From the NCBI RefSeq assembly GCF_009914755.1, contig NC_060927.1: a stretch of 64,000 nucleotides of DNA; one strand, 5' to 3'. Below the pieces are notes generated by a model that saw only the letters and a program-made list of their open reading frames with translations, did no database searches and was not told the origin of the DNA. This DNA is from the human T2T-CHM13v2.0 reference genome, Homo sapiens. Position numbers and translations under genes: made by a program. How positions within the stretch are numbered: the first letter of the stretch is position 1; each line of letters begins with the position of its first letter. Positions 27,561 to 40,837 of this stretch are shown one piece after another.

Positions 27561-30500
27561 GATTGTGAGACTTCAGTGAGTTAAAAAAAAGTGAGTTAAA
27601 AAATGCCTGGCATACAGAAATGTTAAATCAACATTAGTTATTATTACTTGAGTATCAAAAATCTTAAACATGAATGCAGAAAGATTTGAATTATCACAAA
27701 AATGAAAACAAGCAATTTTAGAAGCTATATAGCCCTTTAATTTTTCCCAGTTAATTTATATTGAGAATTGATAATGGTTGGGAAGTTCTAGAAATGTCCA
27801 AGACCCCAAAACCAACTCAATATAAGCAAATGTGAGCCAGTGTTTTGGTAACTTGCAAAAAACTTTACCTAGAATTGAAATATCTTCAACATTTCACCAA
27901 GAAAGCCAATTTCTCCTTTAAAAGCAGTTACGTGATTACATCAAAACACTATACAACTTAAACTTTTCTTTGTGACCTGAACCCAAATTTAGCTCATTAT
28001 TTTAGATATCTAGATATCTATATCATTTTCTATTTGTAATTATTCCTCAGTCTTTTTCAGTCTTTTCCTGTTTCTGAAGTAAAAATATTGCAGTCTTCAA
28101 TTCTTCAAAAATTTGCTGTTATTGAAGTACGGAAGCCAGTAAAGGTCAAGCTATCTAGTAATCTTTAAATTCCAAGATATTTTTACAATTAAAAAATTTC
28201 ATTCTTTAAAAAGTATGCCACGCAGACAAGAAAATGCTATTTTAGCCTTAAAATATTAGCATAAAATACATGTAAAATTCTTGCCAAGAAAGTAGACATC
28301 AAATGTTAATCATATTCAAAAGCTAAGAGTCAATAATCTTTTAACAGAACATCAAGAGGCAAGCTGCCTGAAATATTTTTTTTTGTGGAACAAAGCAGAA
28401 AATAAATAAATAAAAACCTTGTTAATCTCTCTCTTAGGTAGATAATTCTCCAACTTTGAGCCGATTTTTAGAATAGCATTACAAAAGTCACTTTCTTCAA
28501 TTCTTTCTTTTATTTTTTGATTGTGTCTCAATTTTTCTGTATATCAGCTTGGGGTAATTGAATATATTTTTCTACCCATTGATTATAAAAACCCTATTAG
28601 AATTTAAACATATTTACATATTTTAAATGATCATTTTGTCAATTGTAAAAGGAATAAGTTTCCATTCTTCATTATTTTTGATTCAGGAACACGCACTTTT
28701 TGTGGGCTCATGGGAGAGTAATAAATCACGCTTAGTAAAACAAAGCTGTCTGGGCAAAACAATTTTTTAAAATAAATCCCAGTAATAAAAGTTGAGAAAT
28801 AGCTGATGAAAACAGATGTATTCTTTGTTTTATATGAATCTTAAATTTTGTAACATGTTAAAAATTAAGGATAAGTTGGATTTAGTTCAGGTCTATGCAT
28901 TTGGCACAGAATGCTAAAGTAAACCCCACCCTTGAGAAAAAAAGCAAGGTATAATTTTTTAATTATGAAACAATTATGGCTAAAGTTAAGTGTGGAACTT
29001 AGTATATCTTTCCCAAAAAGATGTTTGAATGAAATTGACTTAGGATTTAAAATAGAAATCAGAGGATATGAGAGGTAGCTTAACTTTATGCTATGCTATT
29101 TGAGACAATAAATTATGGTCTTTAGTTTGAATTTTTTAAAGGGCAGAAAACTTGACATGGTCTGCTGTCAAATAAGTTTTTTTCAATTTCAAATTATTTT
29201 TCCCTAAATGGCATTCAATGTGGCCATGTATGTGTTTAAAAACCCAAATCCCCCTCCATTTGTGCTAAGAGTTTATTTTCCAGCATTTTTTTTGTTGCAC
29301 TGACCCCAAATAATTACAGAATCTTAAAGCTTATGGAAGTCTATCTAATTTTAGCTTCAAACATAGTATTATTTTATGAATTGATAAAAGATTTAGAGGT
29401 TCTATAGTTTGGATTTACTCTCTAAAAACTAGGGGCTTGGGAACTTAGCCTCTTAAAGTTAAATCTTTTGTGTGGGCTCAAGGGACCCAGAATGAATTAT
29501 ACTTAGCCACATTTTCTTCTCCCACCATGCCATAGTCCCCTCATGTAAATGACCTCTCACTGATAATCCTGAACAATGGCCCCACTATTTCTTTTGCTTC
29601 AATTAAACAAACTTTTTGAAAGACCACTGGGGACTTTAGAATTGAAAAATTTCTAGAGAACTCAAAGAAACAGCCCATCTTTAATTACACAATATCTGTT
29701 TAGTAAATGAGGTGCAATCTCCGAGTGAAAGAGAAAAGTAACCACAGGCCTTCTGGCCCAATCATGGAAATCATTTTGAAGAATGATGCCTATTATGGGT
29801 CCAAAAAGAAAGAAAATAGAAATAAAAAGAGAAAGGCTGATTGTATTTGAACTTTTTGCCAGGAAAAAAGTATATGCTTTTAGCTCATTAGAAAAAGGAA
29901 CAATATGGTAAGATTTAACTCAGTTGAACTATACATCAGCTACAATTGAACTTTCCATAATTTACTCATTACATGACATAATTTACTCATTAGATAATTA
30001 GATGCAAGGTGCCTATTTTTCTTTGCACCTACTTATTTTCAAAACAAATAGCCAGGATGTTTTATTCATGGTAGTTGAGATGTAACACCCAAAATACAGG
30101 TTAGACAGAAAGATTTGGGTATATTTCATTACTTATAGAGAAGAATAAAATGGAAAAATGCATTTTGCAAAAGTGTAAACCTTGCCTTGGATTGGTGATT
30201 TCCTTAGCTAGGGAAAGTTTGATGTAGTAATAATTTCTCTGGTACCTTACCCACCAAACCTTCTAACACTCCCTATTTTAGTTCAAGGATTTTTCCTTAA
30301 TTTTTTTTTTTTTTGGTTTCGCAGCAACTGTGATTCCTTGTGAACTGCCTTAACTGCTTTCTAGAAGTAAGCAGAGAATGAACAAGTGAATAAATGAATG
30401 GAAGCAAATTTCAGTTAATAGAATGGGGTTGTGAAGATACCCCTAGTTAGGATGTCTGCAGAAGAAAAAGTCCGAAATATGCTTGCCTGGAGAAAACCAT

Positions 30501-32010
30501 CAGTTTCCAAATTTGTTTCCACTCATTTGTAGCTCCCCTTTATGTAAATGGTGGAAATAGAGTAAAACAGTTTAGGACTTTTAGATAGGGTTATGTTGAG
30601 ATCTTAACAATGGTTTAATCTTGCCATTTTTCAATAGAAGAACAGAAGAGTCACTTCACTGTATCTATAGTGCCTATTATGTACATTGTATGGGATGCTC
30701 AAATCCATGCATCTTGCCTTTGAGGTTATTCTCACTTCATAAGATGAGGGAAGGTAGAATTGTTTCCTTCAGGGAACATTTGTAACTTTTGCTGTTGCCC
30801 CTCTATCACTCTCTTACCCCCTAGCTTTATTTTGTATTTACTAGCCAAGAAGGAGGAGTTGGTAGACAAACAGTGCTTTAGAAATGTGTAGCTGTCATGG
30901 AGAAGGTGGGCTCTGGAAACTCTTCTGGATGAAGAAAGGAAGATTTGAATGAGATAGGAGCCCTTATTGTGGGAGAATGCTGCCTAAAGCGGAAGGAAGT
31001 TTGCCCTCTTAAAGCAGAAGGCAGCAGAAGGAAGAGCTGGAGAGAATGTAGACAGGAGTAGGAGTTTAGTCTAATCCAGAGATTTAAAAAATCAACCACA
31101 CATAGTAAATAGAGATTTCAATGAAGCAAGATGGTTAGAAAGGTTTATTTTCTACTTTTCTGAGTGAATTGTTAGATGTTTAGACCTTTATAGGATCTAT
31201 ACTGCACTGAAGGTTGGGAAACATTACCCAGACCACTTTCATTTACTCATCAACAGTTATGGAAACATTTATTTTCTATTTATCTCATATTTATTAATCT
31301 TAAAAAGCAATAAATAATTATTCATTTACTTTATTACTTAGCAAGAAATAAACTGATGTCAAGATACCCTCTCAGTGTAATTTCTTACATGTTATCTACA
31401 TGAATACACGTAGATGACAGCAACCATCTGGTTAATATTATGATCTATACCTGTGAACATTTTAGTGTGATAGTGTATTGTTGCTAAGCCAACTGTTAGA
31501 TGCATATTTTCTTAGAGGGCTTCAGCTCTGTTCATGTAAACCAGTACCAAGTTCCTAAGCCCTACTCACTACAAAATAAATTCAGGCTTTACTTTTTTGA
31601 TAAATAATGAAGAAGGCTGAAATGTAAATATAATTTCAAGACAGTATAGTTAGTCATGGCTTTGCAACAAAATTCATCTACTTCCAATTACTCTCCTCAT
31701 ATATTTTGAGAGTACAATTGTTACACGATTTTACATCATAGTGATAATACCTCTGTGTCAAATCCTATAGGGAGTTCTGGGAATGCTTTCAGATCCTACT
31801 TGAGCTACAAAAAAAAATCAAATAACATTAAAAAATAAAAACAAGAACTTAAGCAATAGAAAAGACTTGTACATACCCACCTGTGATATTCCGTGTAAAC
31901 CATTATTTAGGAACACCCTCTCCCTTTATACAGGAGTGGGGATGGAGTGAGGAATTCTAAGAATATTACACAAAAGTGTCAATGCATCACAATTTTTGCC
32001 TATTAAAGGA

Positions 32011-32095
32011 TCTTTTTTTTCTTTTATTTTATTGTGATACTGGAATATAGTGGCACAATCATAGCTCACTGCCTTGAACTCCTGGGCTCGAGTGA
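32011..32095 (-). mobile_element. Alu monomer (FLAM/AluJ) fragment
   Basis: T-rich tail, then agtggcacaatcatagctcactgc..tgaactcctgggctc. Confidence 0.7.
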
Positions 32096-32464
32096 GTAAA
32101 GTATCATTTCTAAGTGAATAAAAAAGCCCCTTTTTATAGCAGAGGGATTGGATTTTATTTAACTTTGCACTTGCATACAGTGCCTTGCATACAGCAGGTG
32201 TGTGATAAATATTCATAAACTGTATTGTAGGTAATGCATGATATTTCCTGACTTCATGTATATACTGACATTGTCAAAGATTATGACTGTTAAAGGTTAC
32301 TGATTATTTACATAAAAACAAGTGGGTCTTGCAAAGAAAATTGGGTATAGCTGTGTGTGTGTCTGGAAACATATATGCATCAAGCAGGTAGTATATATGC
32401 GGGCATGTCTAGACTCCCTCAGGTTCTATAGCAGATAAATCCTGTAGGGCCTGGATCCTCAGGA

Positions 32465-32590
32465 GCAGTACTACTTACACTTTCATGTGCATACACACCA
32501 CCTGGGCATCTTGTTCAATTATGGATTCTGATTTAAGTTTCTGAGTAACACTCAATGCTGCTGGTCCGGACACTTTGGGGACCACATGGG
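32465..32590 (-). mobile_element. MER5-family MITE
   Basis: cacctggg..atcttgtt..gattctgatt..tgctgctggtccgga. Confidence 0.6.
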
Positions 32591-33022
32591 ATGGAGACCG
32601 ACAGATCCTGAAAAACCAGTATCCATAACTGTTGACTGGAACCCAATGTCTCTAGTTTTCCTGACCTCCTCAAACACAACCTGCCATGTCATCAGATGCC
32701 ATCTACTAGTACAAGACACTGATGGTCAGCCAAGTTTCAGTCTCTATGGAACAGTTAGTTGGCAAGTACCTGTGAGCCACCTGCTATGAGCTAATTACTT
32801 GAGGGGGGGTTATGCCAGGGCCACGAGGAGGTATAAGGTATGGTTCCTTCCTTCAGAGTGCTTATGGTGGGTTGGGAGTGTGTGTATTCATGCACTAAAT
32901 AAATGAAAAGCAAATGCAACCAGAAAACCATCAGATGCTAAACTCTGTGTTATAGATGTATGTTCTCAAATATTCACAGCAGGGCAGATTGCAATGGCTT
33001 GGGAAAGTCCTAGAAATGTCTT

Positions 33023-33420
33023 TGTCTTGGATTGGGGTTTCCAGAAACAGACAGACCCTGAGATGATTTAAGTGCAAATCATTTATTTGAAAACTTCAGG
33101 AAACCAATAGGGGAACAGAAGAGTGAGAAAGAGAAGGGAAACAGCTCAAAAAGTAGCCTGGGAAATTCTAGGGAGAGTTTATTTCATTTGAGGGGTAAAG
33201 GAGTTTTGGAAGTTTACAAAACACCAACTCCCATCACTGGTTGTAGGATGCCATGGGACAGCATTCATTCCTCACATGCATACGCCATGTGTCTTAGCAG
33301 AATGGCTTGTGAAGTTGGGGAAGCCATAGGCAAAGAAATGCAAATACTGGCTGTTGGAAATAGTTGGAAGTCAAGTGATTTCAGTCTGAGGGCTACAGGC
33401 AGGGCAAGGACCTGCTATCA
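33023..33420 (-). mobile_element. Old ERVL LTR (LTR16-like)
   Basis: tgtcttggattggggtttccagaaacagac..cctgaga..agtgcaa..tttatttg. Confidence 0.55.
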
Positions 33421-34069
33421 TCTTAAAAGAGCAGCAGGAGTTGAGCTGGAATTAGCAACTGCTTCGTCCTCTTCAACTCACCTGCTGCCAATGCCCAGTT
33501 GTCCTTTCTGGTGAATCTGAGATTTGTTCACTTGTTAGGCTCATGGCTAGAAAGGGCACTTACTAAGTGGTGGCTTCCTGTCTTTCTTGAGGCAGGCACC
33601 TACTTCCCTCACAGACACCAGTGTAGGAAAGTCAGATCGTCCTCCTCTGGAAGGAGGAAGATCAAGTCTGCGGGGACCAGGCTGCCGATTTCTGGAGTTT
33701 GATCCTGGTCTTGCAGACACTCCTTCTATGTGCAGCCATGTTATGGGACTTGCCAAACTGTCCCAGCTCACAGGGAACTGCAGGTCTTCTGTGGATTTGG
33801 TCAGTTGGCCCAAATTACAGTTAATAATTACAAGACATTGTTGAAAATTTTTGCAACATGTAACTTTTGTAACCATTATTTACTACTCTACATTTGCAAG
33901 TATTTTGGGAACTGTTTGTCCTTTCGCCAGCTCTTTAGTTTCTTGGGAACGCTAAGGTACATAGGATTACATTTACTTATCCGCACTATGAAGGGAAATA
34001 AAGTACTGTTCCTAGAATCAGCTGAGAGAAGGAAGAAAACAGGAACTATCTGCTAATCAATATGGAATT

Positions 34070-34500
34070 TTCATAATCTGACCCCAGCCCACTGTCCAGC
34101 CGCATCTCTCCCCCTCCCCTCCATTATTCATCCTATGCTCCAAGCACTTGAAATGCTTCATGGTTTCTAGAAGACTCACAGCCTTTTCCTGGCTGACTGC
34201 CACTGAATGCGGTGACTTCCCCATGGATACCTTCTTCCTATTCCCCTGACATAACCCTATCATCTTACAAGCCAAACTTATAATGCTCTCCTAAAACTCC
34301 CCCACATGGGGTTAGTTTCTTCCTTCCTGGTCCAGTTCAAAATTCAGTAACAGCAAGTACCAAATTAAATTCCAATTATCTGTCTTTACATCTTCCTCAT
34401 CCCCAGTTGTGAGATCCTCTAGGGCAGGGACCATGTCTTTCTCTCCTCTGTGTCCCCATCACCAGTACTGGGTCTTACAGTTAGAAAGAATCAGCAGCTC
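34070..34500 (+). mobile_element. L2 fragment
   Basis: tgtgagatcctctagggcagggaccatgtct..tctgtgtccccatcaccagtac. Confidence 0.6.
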
Positions 34501-36349
34501 CACCCTATATCACTGAGGGAGAGAGGATATGCAACATCAATACTCTTATTTGAAAGTATATTTTGTATGTACTCAAAGTTTGCCTTTGTTTTCCTTATAC
34601 TTTGTAAGAGGTTTATTACTAATATTATTTACAGTTAACATGTACCCTTTTTAACAATACAAACAAAAATAAAAGCTATTTTCATTTTGGAAAAAAATCC
34701 TTCCCCAATTCATGACAGTTTTATAATATTAAGTAGCAGCCACTGGCACCAACCAAGGTTTAAGAAAATGTATCCCCAAAGTCATTGAACCTACCAATGT
34801 TTTAACTAAGTTTATCATCCCTGGGGAAATTGTGCTTTTAAGTCACAGGTCCTTCCTCTTGTAGAACGGACCCCAGATTTTTTTTAGTCTTGATTTGTAA
34901 TTTAAAGGTGTAAATCATCCACCCAGCTCCCATTTCTCAGGATGTTATTCAACAGCCAGGATGAGGACAGTAATGTGGCTCTCAGCTGCCTTTGTCATTC
35001 TTTTCCTTTTCCTCCTGAAAGTGTTTTTGTAGGCCTGCCGGATGTCACAGAAATGCAACCTGGGCAAGATGTGTGTCACTTCTTTACTTGAAAAGTGTCC
35101 ATGACTCTGAGCCCAGAGAGGATGTAATGAACACGCCCTGGTGCTTGGCCAGCATATTCCAGCTAGTTAGAAAAACAAGGCAGAGGGCACAGGATTTAAC
35201 ACACACGATGGCAGTGGCTGCACTCAGGGGCATGCTATTTGATTCTTCACAGATGCGGGCTATTGGTCTGTAGTGAAGGAAAAACAAGTGGCCATAGCAT
35301 CCTTCCACGTGCTATGAGATCATTTGTAAAAAAAATTTTAAAGCATCTTGTCTCTGTTTCTACCACTAGGTCTACTGCCTTGTAGGTCTGGCACAGAGGA
35401 GGGGCATGGTAATGAAGTGCATGCTACATACTGGTATGTGCTTTCCAATAAGACCAGACCCTAAAGTAAAGTAAAGATGACTATTAAACTAAAATTTGTT
35501 TCAGTTCACTTATTTGAGGCTTAAATAGATGGAAAGATACATGAATTCAAGTTGGCCTCCCAAAAAAAAAAAAAAAATCAATGCCATTCCTAAAGTGTTC
35601 TCTTTTCCAAGTTGACCCATGTTAGGAAAGAGGGCTATAATAACGATAATACCTAACAAGTGAGCAGAGACCACTTGCGTGGCTAAGAGAGTCTAATTAG
35701 GGAAGGAAATAATGAAAAAGTAAAACCCTCTAAAGTGGAAACAAACATTCTATTTTGGTCCTCTGTGGACGAGAAACATCAACCTAGTTTGGGTTTAACT
35801 TAAACCACTTCATATTTAGTTTAAGAGTTTTTAAAAAATTGCTGCAAACTTATTTGAGCTGTTTATATAGCTGGGGAGGTGGGGACCACCTACCCTTTAT
35901 GGAAAGCAATGTACTTCCAGTGGCCCAAGAAAACAAGGCCTATTTTAAATTATGAAGGTTTACAAAATGAGGTTTATTATTTTTGTTATCCTTATTTCTC
36001 CCACGAATGGTGGTCTGCGATACAAATGTAAAACAGATATACATTCCACCCCGAGGAATAAAAATTTACATACACCAGTTATTTCCTAAAAAAGAAAAAT
36101 TGTGTAGCCAGCTATGCTTTCCACCTTTAATGTACATGTGGTTGTCTACGGTGCCTCATTCCAATTCTGTCTCCTGATTTTGACTGGTCCCACATATGCC
36201 TACCCATTCAGCTGCTTTCCTTGGAGAAGCAGAGGCAAGGTAAGCCATTTCCCTAGTTTTCACCTCCCTAATTTCAGTCTGTTAGGGTCAAGTTTTAGCC
36301 TGTATACAAATAAGTGCAATGAGAAAGACTTGGACAATGCTGAGTAAAG

Positions 36350-36600
36350 TAATAAAGTGCTGGCATTTATCAAATGTTTACTATTTGCTAAATACTGTTC
36401 CACATGGGTTAACTCATTAAATCCTCACAACAAACCTAAGAGGTGAATAATATTCCCATTTTACAGATGAGGAAACTGAGTCAAGAGAGGTGATGTAAGT
36501 TGCCCATAGCTGGTGAGTGGCTGAGTCAGGACTGAAATCAAGGCAGGCTGACTCTAAGCACACCCTCTTAGTCACCGTGTTACTTTTGCCCTCATCGTAA
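36350..36600 (-). mobile_element. MIRb-like SINE
   Basis: aatcctcacaacaaacct..cccattttacagatgaggaaactgagtc..aggcaggctgactc. Confidence 0.85.
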
Positions 36601-37169
36601 GCAAATCCATTCATGTAATGGATTCTTGCACAGAGAGTTCCTTGGTGGTGATCACTGCTCAGTCTACAGTGGTGAGTGCTCCTTCTTGGAGCTGTACTTC
36701 AACCAATTTGCAGCCTGCTGAGGCCTCGTATATGAAAATCTCTTTATAATCTACTCAGTATCATCTTTCATTTATGTCACCTCCTAGCAGCCATTATGGA
36801 TGGCCTTGGCTCATCACATGTTTGTTGTATAATGACTCCATATTCCCCTGTCAACTTTATTCTCATCTTTCACCTGCTAGATATCAGAGATAGATTGTAT
36901 AAGCTCAGAAGTATACAGCCCTCTCCACACTAATATTTCCTCCTCCTCTCTCTTAAGTTATAATTATGTCATCTAGAATAAGTAGACAGACTTGATGGAA
37001 TCAAAGTTCAAGTGAGAAATCAACCCTCAAATTCTTAATTACCAGTATTCTCAAGTACTCATTCAGTCTTATGGCCACAGATGAATTCAGATGGATTTGA
37101 TAATATTTATTTCCCCTGGAAGCTGAGAGGTATAGGGAGGAGAAAAAGACATTAACCTGCAAATTGCAA

Positions 37170-37570
37170 CACGACATAATTGAGATACAACCATGACACA
37201 TTTAAGGTACAACCAAATTACTATGGAAGTATAGACTGGGAGTGACTAACTTTGCCTAAGGGGACTGGGAAGAACTCACAGAAGAGGCAACATTTGAGCT
37301 GGGTCAGGTAAGATAAGTAGGAGAAGAGGGTAAAAGCTATCCAGGCAGAATAAGCTGTGAAGGTCTCAACGTATGTCAGAGTAAAGGGTGTGCAGGGAAG
37401 GGTGTAAAATCCTGAGTAGTCAGAATGTAGGGGAATGAAGTAGACTGGACAGGTAAGAGGTGAAGCTACAGAAGGAAGCTGGGGCCATGCCAAGGAGTTT
37501 GCATAATAACCCATAGGCAGTGGATGAGACCACAGAAGACTTTGTGTGAGGAAGTACACTCACACTTGTA
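37170..37570 (-). mobile_element. L2 fragment
   Basis: cacagaagaggcaacatttgagctgggtc..catgccaaggagtttg..taggcagtgg. Confidence 0.6.
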
Positions 37571-38500
37571 TTTTTCCCTCTCTCGTTGGCCTCTCCAGCT
37601 AGACAGGTTTCGTTTATTATATTGCTGCTGTTACTTTGTTGTTGTTAGTTGAAATCCATCAAGCATTTTTTTTTAATATGCCAGGAACTGTGTTAAGTGT
37701 TTTATATAAACTGCTGGATGGTTGTTTGGGGAATGAACCCTTAGGTGCTACTAAGAAGTCATTTCTGCTCTTGTCTGAAAGGTTTCCACTGCAACCTTCT
37801 CATTTGAGAAAGACAAAATGACCCATGTATTTTTGCTGTGTTTTGGACATATTTAATCAAATACTATTTCTTATTTATGAATTTACTTCAACTGAGCATA
37901 CCAGAGAAATGGAGCAAATCCTGGCATTATAAAGAACTGGATAGATCTTTACTGAAAGGTGCACCTCAAGGGCAACAATTGATCGGTTCTCCCAGAAGCA
38001 AATTTCTCTACCCTGGAAGTGTTCTGTGAGTCATTCATGGCCTCCACAGTGACACAAGCACTATATGATTATTAAACATGGCTTTATTTAAGTTTGGGCA
38101 AAAAGATTTCTGAGTTAATCTGGGAGATAGAGAAAATAAGAATCTGTAGGATTTTGGTTTTTGTTTTATATATACAACTCTTCTCTGCCGAATGTAATAT
38201 AGATGGAAAAATTGTGATGCTGCTATCAAGCTGTTGAAAACAGTCTGCTCACCCAGATGGGCACTCATTTGAAAGACAGGCACACCCTGTCATTTCCCAG
38301 TAGCCAGCCCTGCAGTTCTTACACCTGGCTTTATGCAAGCACAGAAGGTGAGGCATAAGCCAATCAATAACTTGTGTGATTCCAGGCCGTCTCTACCCCC
38401 ATGGCCAAATTCTGGACTGAAGATTGCAAACCCACAGGAGACTCTGCTCTTCTTAAAGATCAAACCATGGAGTTTGCTGGAAACCAGAAAACAAAGGAGG

Positions 38501-38580
38501 TATGCTCTGATAAGTCATAGATTGTATATTATATGCTCTGATCAGTCAGTATGCTCTGATCAGTCAGAGATTGTACATTA
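38501..38580. repeat. Local tandem triplication, TATGCTCTGATCAGTCAG core (31+18+31 bp)
   Basis: Copies start at 38501, 38532 and 38550. Confidence 0.9.
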
Positions 38581-39454
38581 CAAAAGTTGGAGCAGGATCT
38601 CAAAGTTGGATTGGCTTTTCTGTATTTCCAAAATCTTTTAAATCCTGGAAATAAAATTATCTGACAGTTTGAACCCCTAAACCCAACAGACAGGACCACT
38701 TTGGTGTCAAAGAGAAAAATTTCAAATGGAGTCAATTTTTAGATGAGACCAGAATAGGATAAGGGAGACGATCCTAAGGCTAGAGGTCACAAGGGTCCTG
38801 TGGCTGTCTTACAAGCACCCCCAAAATCCCCATGCCTTATATGGTCCCATGTTTCATTGTCTCCCCATAGACCAAGCTTTCCACATAGAAAGTGGTGGGG
38901 CTTTTCCAGGGCAGTTTTTGCCTTTCTTTCTTTGTTGACATTTCCTTTCACTTTGGTACCCAAGACCCCATACTGGGCATCTGCCTTCATGCCCACCTCT
39001 CAATGTACCTCAGGAACTTCTTGTTTCTTTTTGGAAAGAGGCTGGGTAGAGATATACACACATGCACATCTTGCCTATTGTCTTTGGTCTTTAGAAATAT
39101 TGCTCCACAAGGTTTTATTTAGAAAGTTGGACAAATTTACTCAAATTACTCTGTTACTAGCTGCTTAGATTACTACACTTATTCTTGGGACATCTGAAAT
39201 TTAGCATTCTTTATGGCTAAAATAACTTTCTTACAGTAATATTTCAGGCATTACAAATAATCAAGAAAGAGCATTATTTCTGAGCAAAGGAGCCTGCCTG
39301 ACATTTATAGGTAATTTTATTAGACTGATCCTAAATAAAATGGAAAAATGGAATCAAATAATATCAGAGCATACGGGAGGTAATCCAGTGTAAAGCCATT
39401 AATTTTTGAGGAGAGAAAACAGATCCACAAATGTGAAATGAATTGACCACCTGC

Positions 39455-39922
39455 AACAGCAACAGCTGTTTGTTCTTCATCATTCTTTCTACCTTTGTCC
39501 CCTGTTTAACTGGGCATGGGACCACCCAAATCCAGGTGACATGCTCCAGTCTGCCTTGCAGCTACACGTGGTCATATTCAGCTTTAGTCTATTTAGCTAA
39601 TGGATTGTAAACAAAAGGTTGTGTTTGATGGCCTGGAAGATTCCTTCTCCCCTTCCCCCTTCCTGCTGGCTGAAAGACTGATGCAATGGGTGGAGACAGT
39701 GTCATCTTGGACCATGAGACAGAAGCTATTGCTTTCTGGTGCACTCAGGAATGGTAGAGCAATAAGGTAGAAGGAGCCTGGGTCTCTGAAACATGGCACT
39801 CTAGAGAGATTGCCTTCTAGACTTCGTTATGTGTAAGAGAATCAGATATCTGTCTTTGTTTAAGTTATTGTGGTTTTGGATTTTTGTGTTACTCTTAGCC
39901 AATGCTACTCTAAGCTGCTATA
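39455..39922 (+). mobile_element. LTR33-like ERVL LTR
   Basis: catcttggaccatgag..atggtagagcaataaggtagaaggagcctgggtctctg. Confidence 0.65.
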
Positions 39923-40447
39923 TCAATAGTCTAGAAAATTATTAAATTAATTAGCAATGGCTTGATGGAGGAGGGCAGGATGATGGGTGATGGGCAAGGC
40001 CTGATTCTAAATCTAAGAGAGAAAGCACCTTAAATATTCTCTGTCTGGAGTTCCCAAATACTGATCCACAAATAGCTGCGTCAGAATTACCCTGGCACAG
40101 GTTCCCGTAAATCCAGACTTCTGGTACTCTTTTCAGGAGATTATGACTTAGTAGGCATTCTATGGGATCCAAGACTGACATTATTTAAAAGCTCCTCACG
40201 TAATCCTGATATCCAGATATACTTGGTAATTATCTGATCTACAATTGTTCTCTGCTATGGGTCCCAGGAAGGGGGGTGAATCAGAACCACCAGAAAGATT
40301 TGTTTGTTTTGGGGGAAAAAGCAAACAAATTTGAACTGTGAAATAATTTATTCCTCAGGCTATTTAGATCCACCTCTCCTTCTCCTGGTACCCACTGAGA
40401 GTCATACAAGTGTCACCAAATGAACTGTTCTCTTTCAGGTTAGCCTT

Positions 40448-40837
40448 TGATATGGTTTGGATCTGTGTTGCCACCCAAATCTCATGTTGATTTGTAATCC
40501 TCAATGTTGGAGGTGAGGCCTGGTGGGAGGTGACTCGATCACGAGGGTGGATTTCCCCCTTGCTGCTGCTCTCATGATAGTGAGTGAGTGCTCATGAGAT
40601 GTGGGGTAGCACCTCACCCCTCTCTCTTCCTCCTGCTCTGGCCATGAGGTGCCTTCTTCCCCTTTGCCTTCCACCATGATTGTAGGTTTTCCTGAGGCCT
40701 CCCCAAAAGCTGAGCAGATGCCAGCATCATGCTTCCTGTTGCAGCCTTTGGAAGTGCAAGCCAATTAAACCTCTTTTCTTTATAAATTACCCAGTCCCAG
40801 GTATTTCCTTATAACAGTGCAAGAATAGATGGATACA
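40448..40837 (+). mobile_element. MSTA solo LTR
   Basis: TGATATGGTTTGGATCTGTG..ATACA; perfect TSD GCCTT (40443-40447 / 40838-40842). Confidence 0.9.

Noticed and set aside
36604-36624. 8-bp-arm inverted repeat AATCCATT..AATGGATT (similar one near 18283)
   Set aside because: Short AT-rich stems of this size are expected by chance in 64 kb
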